Positions 55,860 through 64,000 of a stretch of 64,000 nt of DNA are shown one piece after another; the first letter of the stretch is position 1; every line of letters starts with the position of its first letter. Source of the stretch: Candidatus Latescibacterota bacterium. GTDB lineage: Bacteria; Latescibacterota; UBA2968; UBA8231. Under the pieces are notes generated by a model. It had not been told where the DNA came from. It searched no databases and saw only the letters and a program-made list of their open reading frames with translations. The stretch is from assembly GCA_965215195.1 (NCBI GenBank), contig CBDCDC010000002.1, positions 2,784,001 through 2,848,000 on the forward strand, written 5' to 3'. A program made the position numbers and the translations under genes.

Positions 55860-58103
55860 TTATCGATCCAGCCCCCGCACGGCGGCGACGAGGGCCTCGG
55901 TCGTAATGCCGAAGTGCGCCCACGTTTCTAGATGGCCTTCTGACGGGGCCGTCGTCGGATCGGTAATGCCGATGTGCGCTGCCGGAATGCCCAAGTCGCT
56001 GGCGACGCCCGCCACCAATCCGGCGAAACCGCGTACGCCAGTGTTGGCTGCGCCGATCAGGCCGTCTTCTATGGTTACTACGCCCTTGGGATAGCGACCC
56101 ACCAGCTCTGCTAAGGCAGCGTCAGGTAGCGGTAGCCCGTTGATTATATGCACATCCACCGCGCCTTCGAGCTGCTCGGCCGCCTCGCCAGCGAGAAAAG
56201 CCGGCGCGCCAAAAGCCAAGATCGCCCGCTCGGCTCCGGGGAATGTGCGATAGGTCGTCAGCGGCTCCCAAGCATCGCCCGCCTCCCACAGCGGCCCCGA
56301 TCCATCTTGCTTTGCGAGGATGGGCAGGGAATCGCGCGGGATGCCGATGATGTGCCCTCCGTAGTGTGCCGCCATATCGCAGACAGCCAAAAACGCCGCC
56401 CGCGCATCGGCTGGTCCGTAGAAGCGGTGCAGATAGGGCAAATAGCTCAAGCCGACGTTGATCCACTCCAAGCCCCAACCCGAAAAGTGATCGCGCCCGG
56501 TGCAGGCCCCCACGTGCGAGACGTGGAAGGCCACGTTGAGACCCTCGTTGACGCCGGTGAGATTGCGCTGGTAACGCCAGACGTCAAAGCCCTCGCGGGC
56601 AATGCCCTCGTAAAAGGCGGCAAACGTCGATACCACATTGAACTGCGGACCCGGCCCGCTCATCGCCAACCCGTCGGTGATCAGACAAGCGGCTTGCTCC
56701 TCAATGCTCATCTCGAACTGGTGATTCGCGGCCAAAAAACTGCGCGCCTTCGCCAGCTTGGTTGAGGGGTCAAGGTCGCAGCTAACGACGAAGACGTCGT
56801 CGGGAAAGTGCGCGGCTACCGCTGCGTACGCAGTCTCGGACCCGGCGCGCGGGCTTTCGCTCGTGCCCACCGCGGGCAAGCTGACCTTTTCCCGCACATC
56901 CTGGGGCAGGACCAAGTTGCGGCTGCCCGGGGCGGGTCTGGCTCGGATCTCGACTCGGCGCTTCTCGTCTTGGCGCAGCGTCGCGAGGGTTTGGCACACG
57001 GCCGCTGTTTTTTGAAACATGGGGTTGCTCAGCACTTGCGCGGCGTCGCGCCCCTTCATGTGGCCATCGTGATGCCCTTCGCCGCCGGGTAGCTTGTTGA
57101 CCAAGAAGAGGCATTCGAGCATCGGCACTACGTCGCGGTAGCTCATCAGCGAGCCGGGAATCCAGATGCGGGTGCTGAGATCGACGCTGTGCTCGGCGGC
57201 AAAAGTGGCGACCTCGGAGCTAATGCCTAGACGCTCGCCAAAGTCGCCGAGGCGCTCGTGCGTTCCCGTGGGATAGATCAGGGCGGGCTGACCCTGCTGC
57301 GCCAGTTCGTAGCCTTCGACATAGGTCTCGTAGAGCGTCGCGGCGTCGTGCAGGGTCTCGATCTCGATGATTTCCACGCCCAGGGCCGCGACGATAGAGC
57401 GCGGATCCTTGTCCATAATGCCCTCGGTAGCGCCCGAAAGCTGGATGCCGTTGCGGTGCATGACAAAGGTGATGGGTGCTCCGTGGACGGCTGCGCCGTT
57501 GAAGCCGTTGAGCGCTTGGCCCGAAATGTAGCCGGCGTCGCCACAGTGGCAGAGGACCCAGCTGCCCTCGCCGAGTTTGGCTCGCTTGCCAAGGGCTTGG
57601 CCTACGGCCACCGGGATCATCACCCCCAAGCGCCCGCCGTTGAGTTGGGTGCCGCCCGGCAGCCAAGACACGTGACCGGGAACGTCGAGTCCGCGGCGAA
57701 AACCTTCGACGACGATCTCCTCATCGACAAAGCCGAGTGCCGCCAATGCTGCGTAGTAGCCCACAGAGGTGTGGGCGTGTTCGATGGTGTATTCGATGCG
57801 TTTGTAGTCGGTGATCGCCAAGGTCAGCAAGAGCGGCGGAATCAGCTCCAAGCCGCCGCCGAGGTGGTCCAGCTCGCCGATCGCGGCCAGCGACGCCAGC
57901 GAGCGAATCGCGATCTCAGCCGCCTCGATCTGCAAGCCCTCCAAAGCGGCGACTTGATCTGGGTGCAGCGCTTGTTGTTTGCCGATATCCACGGTGAGCG
58001 GCAAGACCGCGGAATGCACCTGCTCGCCTAGGTAGCGCACGCCGCCCAACAGCTTTTTGTTGCGCCGTCGTTGGCCTGCTTGCGCCGCTTCGATCCCCCG
58101 CAT
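55860..58103 (-). CDS. Transketolase-like ThDP-dependent enzyme
   Basis: DHLGGGL, HAH, PGH, GDAG...N, IEEQ, TFAAF, TIED. Confidence 0.8.
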   Translation of the reverse strand: MRGIEAAQAGQRRRNKKLLGGVRYLGEQVHSAVLPLTVDIGKQQALHPDQVAALEGLQIEAAEIAIRSLASLAAIGELDHLGGGLELIPPLLLTLAITDYKRIEYTIEHAHTSVGYYAALAALGFVDEEIVVEGFRRGLDVPGHVSWLPGGTQLNGGRLGVMIPVAVGQALGKRAKLGEGSWVLCHCGDAGYISGQALNGFNGAAVHGAPITFVMHRNGIQLSGATEGIMDKDPRSIVAALGVEIIEIETLHDAATLYETYVEGYELAQQGQPALIYPTGTHERLGDFGERLGISSEVATFAAEHSVDLSTRIWIPGSLMSYRDVVPMLECLFLVNKLPGGEGHHDGHMKGRDAAQVLSNPMFQKTAAVCQTLATLRQDEKRRVEIRARPAPGSRNLVLPQDVREKVSLPAVGTSESPRAGSETAYAAVAAHFPDDVFVVSCDLDPSTKLAKARSFLAANHQFEMSIEEQAACLITDGLAMSGPGPQFNVVSTFAAFYEGIAREGFDVWRYQRNLTGVNEGLNVAFHVSHVGACTGRDHFSGWGLEWINVGLSYLPYLHRFYGPADARAAFLAVCDMAAHYGGHIIGIPRDSLPILAKQDGSGPLWEAGDAWEPLTTYRTFPGAERAILAFGAPAFLAGEAAEQLEGAVDVHIINGLPLPDAALAELVGRYPKGVVTIEDGLIGAANTGVRGFAGLVAGVASDLGIPAAHIGITDPTTAPSEGHLETWAHFGITTEALVAAVRGLDR

Positions 58104-58178
58104 GTGGAACTCCTAAGTGCGTATTTTCAGTTGAGTAAAGGACAGTAAAAGTATAAACTTAGCACCGAAAGCGGGCAA

Positions 58179-59189
58179 TTAACGCGGCTTAAACTGCACT
58201 GCCAATTTCTCGGCCCACGCCTTGTTCGCGTCAATCGTGCGTCCGGCGTTGTGCGGCGTGTGGACCACGTTGTGCCGCCCCAGCAGGGGGTCGTCTAAGG
58301 GCAGCGGCTCTTGGTCCCACACGTCCGCCGCAAGGCTCAGTTCGTCGGCCATCACTCGTCGCCGGATTGCGTCGGTATCGCAGATTTTGGCCCGGGTCAC
58401 CAGCACCACTAGACAGCCCTTGGGCAGCGCGTCAATGTGCCCAGCCTCGACCAAGCCGCGCGTCGATTCCGTGAGCGGCACCATGGGCGCAAACACTTGG
58501 GCATCGGCGACTAGCTGCTCCAGATGGTATTCGCGGCGCGACCCGGCCCGGTGAAAGCACGGCTCCGCGGCAAACGGATCCCAAGCCGCCACGTCGGCTC
58601 CGAGCATTGAGGCGAAGCTGGCGTAGCGGCTGGCGATATTGCCGGCTCCGACGATCCGCACCCGCTTGCCGCACAGCGTGCCATTGGCAAAGGCCGGGTC
58701 GTCGCCAAACTGGTGCCCTCGCGCCCCGGCCCGGCCCTCGCCTGCGGGCGGCTCGTAGTCCCAAGGGTCTTGGCTTTGGATGATCGCTCGGTGCAACTGC
58801 GGAATTCGCCGCAGCCCGCACAGCGTCAATGCCAAGCCAAATTCCGCCACAGTCTGCGACCAAAACCCCTCGCTCGGATGGTCGTACACCGCGACGCCGG
58901 CCTCGGCCAAGTACTCGCTACAGCCCTCGCCTAGCCGCCGGCCATAAGACCCCTGAAAGGTCGCTTCCCGCAAGGCCGTAAAAAGCCGCAGGCACGTCAG
59001 GCTCACTGGCACTCCTAGCGTCGCCAACCGCGTCACGCGGCTCGGATCCTCCACGAGCTCGCCCAAGGGCCGCTCGTCTCCGTGCGCTAGGCGCGCAAAG
59101 TCCGCTTTGGGCCACAAGGTGCGGAAGTGGTCGGCGGCAAAGGGCCAAACTCCGTCAAAATCTGGATGAACGACGATCAAATCACACAT
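58179..59189 (-). CDS. D-2-hydroxyacid dehydrogenase family protein
   Basis: IVGAGNIA, PLTESTRG, ADVWDQEP, TPHNAG; GAGGAGG RBS. Confidence 0.88.
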   Translation of the reverse strand: MCDLIVVHPDFDGVWPFAADHFRTLWPKADFARLAHGDERPLGELVEDPSRVTRLATLGVPVSLTCLRLFTALREATFQGSYGRRLGEGCSEYLAEAGVAVYDHPSEGFWSQTVAEFGLALTLCGLRRIPQLHRAIIQSQDPWDYEPPAGEGRAGARGHQFGDDPAFANGTLCGKRVRIVGAGNIASRYASFASMLGADVAAWDPFAAEPCFHRAGSRREYHLEQLVADAQVFAPMVPLTESTRGLVEAGHIDALPKGCLVVLVTRAKICDTDAIRRRVMADELSLAADVWDQEPLPLDDPLLGRHNVVHTPHNAGRTIDANKAWAEKLAVQFKPR

Positions 59190-59418
59190 GGTATTCGCCC
59201 TCCTCACAAAAAAACGGGTTGCCGACTAGCCAGCGTCCTCCGCGCAAATTCTGATAGGGATGTTCGATCATTGGCTTCTCCTCGGTTGGGAAGTGGCCTC
59301 AAAATACGGGAGCACCTTGCGGGCGACAAGGGAAGGTCTCCGCCGAGGCGGTGTTGACGCGAAAAGTAAGTGGCCCTTTAATACAGGCCCGTGAAGCAAC
59401 AAATTTTAAGAACCCAGT

Positions 59419-59538
59419 CTAAGTACACGACAGTAGGGCCTTACCCTCGGATTGAGGGCATCTTGCCTTCGGTGAGGGCGGGACGCCCTCGATCCCGGAC
59501 TCATCGCCATCAACGACAATTATTGGTGTCGTACTTAG
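59419..59538. mobile_element. Second MITE copy, inverted relative to the copy at 49419
   Basis: CTAAGTACACGACA...TGTCGTACTTAG; flanking 9-bp direct repeat GAACCCAGT. Confidence 0.88.
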
Positions 59539-59572
59539 GAACCCAGTAATTAAAAATCGCCACAGGAGCCTG

Positions 59573-60727
59573 ATGAAAATCACCGATATCCGCACGCTGT
59601 CGCTCTCGCGCGCCCACGAGCCTGAGCGCCAGTGGTACAGCGCCACTTTCCACGTGCCCAAGGCCGACTGCTCAATTTGCATCGTCGAGACCGACGAGGG
59701 TTTGCAGGGCATTGCCGAGCCTTGTGCGTATGGGGTGCCGTCCGCCATCGCCGCTCGCATCGCCGAACTCAAGCCCAGTCTCATCGGCCGCGACCCCCGC
59801 GACGAGGACCTGACCCCGCACAACGAAGCCGTGCGCACCAATGACATTGCCAACGCCGGCCTCAACTGTGCGCTGTGGGATTTGCGCGGCAAGATCGCCG
59901 GCAAACCCACCGCCGACTTGCTCTGCGCGTCGGGGCAAGCCCCCCTGCGCCGCCTCCGCCTCTACGCTTCCTCGGGTGTGCGCTACGACTGGGACGACCA
60001 CCCCGAGTCGGTCGTCGAAGAGGCCATCGGCTACGCCGAAGAGGGCTTCACTGCCTACAAGATGCGCTTGGGCACTCATTGGGCCTGGTCGGGCGTCACC
60101 GTTGATCGCTTTCTCAAAATAGCGCGTCAAGTCCACGAGGCCGTGGGTGGGCGCATGGACCTAGCCCTCGACGGCAATTGCCGCCTCTCGATGGAGGAGG
60201 CCCTGCCCATTGCCGAGGCCCTCGACGAGATGGGCTGGGCTTGGTTTGAGGAGCCGGTCGAACGCGTACCCGCGGACTACGCCCGGCTCAACGAGGCCGT
60301 CTCCATGCCCATCACCGGCGGCGAGCCTTTTACCACGTGGGCGCAGTTCGAGCCTTTCATGGAGGTAGGGGGCTTCGGCATCGTCCAGCCCGACGCCGGC
60401 GTCTGTGGCATTGACCTCTGCATGGAGGTCGGCCACAGGGCTCACTTCGAGTACGGCGGCATACCCCTGATCCCGCACAACTGGCACAACGGCCTGATGA
60501 CGATGGCCAACGCCCACATGGTCGCGGCACTGCCTGCCCCGCGCCTAGTCGAGCTAAATATGAAGCAGGGGCCTCTACAGTGGGAGATCCTGCGCGAGAA
60601 ACCATTGATCGAAGACGGCCACTTGGCTCTGCCCGACGCCCCGGGCTTGGGCGTTGAACTGGCCGACGACCTCGAAGCGCGTTTCCCGTACATCGAAGGC
60701 TCTTGGGGCAATCCCGTACAGCGCTGA
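59573..60727 (+). CDS. Mandelate racemase/muconate lactonizing enzyme family protein
   Basis: ALWDLRGK, KMR, DGN, WFEEP, GE, QPD, PGLGVE. Confidence 0.9.
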   Translation: MKITDIRTLSLSRAHEPERQWYSATFHVPKADCSICIVETDEGLQGIAEPCAYGVPSAIAARIAELKPSLIGRDPRDEDLTPHNEAVRTNDIANAGLNCALWDLRGKIAGKPTADLLCASGQAPLRRLRLYASSGVRYDWDDHPESVVEEAIGYAEEGFTAYKMRLGTHWAWSGVTVDRFLKIARQVHEAVGGRMDLALDGNCRLSMEEALPIAEALDEMGWAWFEEPVERVPADYARLNEAVSMPITGGEPFTTWAQFEPFMEVGGFGIVQPDAGVCGIDLCMEVGHRAHFEYGGIPLIPHNWHNGLMTMANAHMVAALPAPRLVELNMKQGPLQWEILREKPLIEDGHLALPDAPGLGVELADDLEARFPYIEGSWGNPVQR

Positions 60728-60733
60728 GGACGT

Positions 60734-61564
60734 ATGATCACCGACCTCGAAAATTATCTCTTCGACCTGCGCGGCTACCTGCATTTAGACGGGGCACTTA
60801 CCGCCGGCGAGGTCAACGATCTCAACGCCTGCCTCGACGCCATCCCGCCGCTGGGGCCGGGCGACTGGTACGGCCACATCCACGCCCATACCTATGGCAC
60901 GATTGACGGCCTCAACTTGCAGCAGATCTACGAGGCCGGCGAGCCTTTTGAGCGGATGATCGACCATCCCGCTTGGATCGAGAAAGTGAAGCACTTCGTC
61001 GGCGGCGAAGGCACGTTCGACTACGCACACGGGCCGCTCTTTATCGACGAAAACTTTGCCAACTTCCGCCAATCCGGGGAGGCCATCGGCCTGCACTCCG
61101 GCGGCTATCCGCCCATCATGCGCAACCAATTCCGCTACCACGGCGGACGCTACATGTGCGGGCAAATCAACGTCCTCGTGGCACTCACGGACATTGGCCC
61201 GGGCGACGGCGGCACCATGCTGATCCCCGGCAGCCACAAGTCCAATTTCGCGCATCCCCACTTAGACCGGCATCGCATGCGGCCCGAAGGTGCCACCGTT
61301 GAGGGCATTGCCGGCGCGATCGAGTGCCACATGGCCCGAGGCGATGCCCTGCTCTTTGTCGATGGGCTTTCGCACGGCTCGGCCCGGCGCAAAAACGCGG
61401 GCACCCGCCGAATTTTCGTCTATCGCTACGGACCCTCTTGGGGCAACTTCCGCCACGGCTACCATCCCTCGGACGAGCTGTTGGTGCGCCTGACGCCCGA
61501 GCGGCGGCAGATGGTCTGGCCGCAGAGGCCCCGTCCCCAAGGACCGCAAAAAAAAGGGCTTTGA
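60734..61564 (+). CDS. PhyH-family dioxygenase
   Basis: YLFDLRGYL, LHSG, IPGSHKSN, GDALLF..LSHGS. Confidence 0.85.
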   Translation: MITDLENYLFDLRGYLHLDGALTAGEVNDLNACLDAIPPLGPGDWYGHIHAHTYGTIDGLNLQQIYEAGEPFERMIDHPAWIEKVKHFVGGEGTFDYAHGPLFIDENFANFRQSGEAIGLHSGGYPPIMRNQFRYHGGRYMCGQINVLVALTDIGPGDGGTMLIPGSHKSNFAHPHLDRHRMRPEGATVEGIAGAIECHMARGDALLFVDGLSHGSARRKNAGTRRIFVYRYGPSWGNFRHGYHPSDELLVRLTPERRQMVWPQRPRPQGPQKKGL

Positions 61565-61573
61565 GCAGATTCC

Positions 61574-62455
61574 ATGAAGGGCATCATTCTCGCCGGCGGC
61601 CGCGGTACGCGCCTTTACCCCCTGACCGCGGCCGCCTCCAAGACGATCTTGCCGATCTTCGACAAGCCGATGATTTACTACCCGCTCTCAGTGCTGATGC
61701 TGGCCGATATCCGCGAGATCCTCATCATCTCCAGCCCGGAGCACATCGGCCTCTACCGCCAGCTCTTCGGCGATGGCAAGCGGCTGGGGCTGAGCATTGA
61801 ATACGCGATCCAAGACCGGCCCGAGGGCGTGGCCCACGCCTTTGTCGTGGGGGCTGATTTCGCCGGCCGCGACCCCTGTGCCTTGATATTCGGCGACAAC
61901 TTCCTCTACGGACACGGCCTGACTGCGATTCTACAGCGCACCAGTCAACTGCGGGAGGGAGGATTGGTCTTTGCTTACTACGTAAAGGATCCCGAGCGCT
62001 ACGGGGTCGTGGAATTCGACGCCGCAGGCAACGCCATCAGCATTGAAGAGAAGCCGCAAAACCCCAAGTCCAACTACGCGGTCATCGGCCTTTACTTTTA
62101 CGATGGCGAGGTCAGCGACATCGTCCGCGGCCTCAAGCCCTCGGCCCGCGGCGAGCTGGAGATTACCGATGTCAACAACGAGTATCTGCGCCGCCAGCAG
62201 CTCAGGGTTGAGGTGTTGGGGCGGGGCTTTGCTTGGCTCGACACTGGCACGCACGAGAGCCTCTTAGAGGCCAGCAACTTCGTCCAAACCATTGAGCACC
62301 GGCAGGGGCTCAAAGTGGGCTGCGTCGAGGAAATAGCGTACCGCAAGGGCTACATTGGCGCGGAACAGCTCCTCCGCATCGCCAATTACTCCCCAGACAA
62401 TGCGTATTGCCTCTATTTGAAGCACCTCGTCGAACAGCCCGGGCCGACGTTCTAA
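61574..62455 (+). CDS. rfbA: Glucose-1-phosphate thymidylyltransferase
   Basis: KGIILAGGRGTRLYP, DKPMIYYPL, EEKP, SARGELEITD, WLDTGT. Confidence 0.95.
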   Translation: MKGIILAGGRGTRLYPLTAAASKTILPIFDKPMIYYPLSVLMLADIREILIISSPEHIGLYRQLFGDGKRLGLSIEYAIQDRPEGVAHAFVVGADFAGRDPCALIFGDNFLYGHGLTAILQRTSQLREGGLVFAYYVKDPERYGVVEFDAAGNAISIEEKPQNPKSNYAVIGLYFYDGEVSDIVRGLKPSARGELEITDVNNEYLRRQQLRVEVLGRGFAWLDTGTHESLLEASNFVQTIEHRQGLKVGCVEEIAYRKGYIGAEQLLRIANYSPDNAYCLYLKHLVEQPGPTF

Positions 62456-62663
62456 TTAAAGCTCTCTTGCCGTCTATGGAACGGCTGGGTCAGCTTAGTC
62501 AAGAGGCTTTCGGAGAGCAGCGGTTTATTGGTTATTCAGATATATGCTTATATTAAATCCAATGGTGTCCGCACTGGCTGTCCTCGATCAAAGACGGCCT
62601 GAGTGGGCCGCTTAGTACCCTAGCTATTTATGTTCTCAAATAAGTGAACTGAACTCGCTGGCC

Positions 62664-63512
62664 ATGAGACCTCTCGACGAATACATAAGACACCAGCTCA
62701 ATGATCATGCCGCTAAGATCGGCGACGTTCTCGATGCCGATGTGATGGCAGTCGCCAGTCCAATTCTCCCAGGCCTAGAAGTACGGGTTCGCCATGCAGT
62801 AGAACTGATTTCTCAACGTAGAGCTACTTTGGCAATTGTCCTTGAAACTAATGGCGGTATAGTTGAGGTCGTCGAGCGGATGGTTGACACTATTCGAAAC
62901 TATTACGACGAAGTTGTCTTCATAGTTCCGAATAGAGCAATGTCTGCGGGGACGCTCTTTGTCATGTCGGGAGACCGAATCCTTATGGACTTTTTCTCTT
63001 GCCTTGGGCCTATTGATCCACAAATCGAAGAAGATGGTAAGCTCGTACCGGCACTGGCATATTTGAATCAGTTCGAGCGACTGAATGAAAAGGCTCAGCA
63101 AGGAAACTTGACATCAGCAGAATACGCACTTCTCAGCAAGTTGGACCTCGGCGAGTTATACCAATTCGAGCAAGCAAGGGCACTTTCAATAGAGCTACTC
63201 GTAAAGTGGCTGTCGAGATACAAGTTCAAAAACTGGCTTCAAACAGAGACGAAAAAGGAACCTGTCACTCCTGAGATGAGAGAGACGAGAGCCAGAGAAA
63301 TTGCGGAGATCTTGAGCAAAAATGAACACTGGCATTCACATGGGAGAGGGATAAATATGAAAATTCTGACCGGTGAGCTAAATCTCAAAATTGAGGATTA
63401 TTCAGTGGAGCCAGAGCTAGGCCCCTTGATTAGGGAGTATCACGAATTGCTTCAAGACTACATGAACCGCGAACAAATCATCTCCTTCGTGCATACAGAG
63501 AAGTACTTCTAG
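62664..63512 (+). CDS. ClpP-class serine protease (SDH family)
   Basis: LETNGG, AMSAGT, LGPIDPQ, HSHGR; lower GC. Confidence 0.85.
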   Translation: MRPLDEYIRHQLNDHAAKIGDVLDADVMAVASPILPGLEVRVRHAVELISQRRATLAIVLETNGGIVEVVERMVDTIRNYYDEVVFIVPNRAMSAGTLFVMSGDRILMDFFSCLGPIDPQIEEDGKLVPALAYLNQFERLNEKAQQGNLTSAEYALLSKLDLGELYQFEQARALSIELLVKWLSRYKFKNWLQTETKKEPVTPEMRETRAREIAEILSKNEHWHSHGRGINMKILTGELNLKIEDYSVEPELGPLIREYHELLQDYMNREQIISFVHTEKYF

Positions 63513-63617
63513 ACTCGGATTTTGCCATTTCCGGCCCTTATCGGGCACTTCCCCTACACTGGGAGGAAATGACCAAAATTGAGTTGCCCTAACCCTAAGC
63601 TATAAGGATAAAATGGC

Positions 63618-63809
63618 ATGGCGAAACGAATCGGCAAACCTATGAAAAAAGCCGAGCTCCTTAAAACCAATCCGAAAATTGATCCAGTCCTAGTGGAGCG
63701 ATACGAGACGCTGGATTCCGAATTGCGTCGGCTGGGAATAGATACCAAGCCCAAGTTCAATATCGAGCCGCCGCTAGGCGGGGATCGCCTGCGCCTCTTC
63801 AACGAATAG
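63618..63809 (+). CDS. Small hypothetical protein
   Basis: AAGGA RBS; 63-aa ORF in the lower-GC segment. Confidence 0.45.
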   Translation: MAKRIGKPMKKAELLKTNPKIDPVLVERYETLDSELRRLGIDTKPKFNIEPPLGGDRLRLFNE

Positions 63810-63822
63810 GCCGCCTTACTAC

Positions 63823-64000
63823 ATGCCGATCCTTGCACTCCGTTTCAGCTACCACAACATCGCCGCCGGCCAAGGATTCGATCTGGCCTTCGTGGGCATG
63901 AGCATCGTCTTTACTGCCCTAGTATTGGTCAGCGTCTTTATCGCCATCTTGCCGAGGATCCTCGCCGCGATCCACCCCTATATTCCGCCGGCCCAACTGC
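63823..64000 (+). CDS. OadG-family (decarboxylase gamma chain) membrane protein, 3' truncated
   Basis: LAFVGMSIVFTALVLVSVFI TM motif followed by a Pro/Ala-rich segment. Confidence 0.6.
   Translation, partial: MPILALRFSYHNIAAGQGFDLAFVGMSIVFTALVLVSVFIAILPRILAAIHPYIPPAQL

Noticed and set aside
1-64000. Numerous 60-290 aa antisense or alternate-frame ORFs in the track
   Set aside because: Shadow ORFs typical of GC-rich coding DNA; they overlap well-supported genes and lack motifs.

Overview
GC-rich bacterial chromosomal window with about 50 CDS and no rRNA, tRNA or CRISPR array seen. It holds catabolic enzymes (AKR/SIS/SDR/ROK, enolase superfamily, Gfo/Idh/MocA, five PhyH-family dioxygenases), an RND efflux operon, topB, tag, comM/yifB, a type IIG R-M enzyme, a PHP-UvrD fusion and rfbA. 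The gene content resembles marine or sponge-associated Latescibacterota/Poribacteria-like bacteria (inference only). The standout is a two-gene minus-strand operon (22497-26304). An ECF sigma factor with a candidate ECF-type promoter is translationally coupled (ATGA overlap) to an intact 1046-aa single-chain miniaturised RNA polymerase beta-beta' fusion. This protein keeps the collinear catalytic core (DFDGD) and the sigma2-binding clamp helices but lacks the flap and, apparently, the trigger loop. In this assembly the sigma gene is frameshifted by an exact 25-bp tandem duplication. Other observations: a MITE family with TIRs and TSDs carrying a REP-like hairpin, repeated deletion of toxin genes with antitoxins retained, a three-gene putative chaperone/antitoxin/ART-toxin cassette, and several internally deleted gene remnants. 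All family calls come from recognising motifs by eye; no database searches were run.
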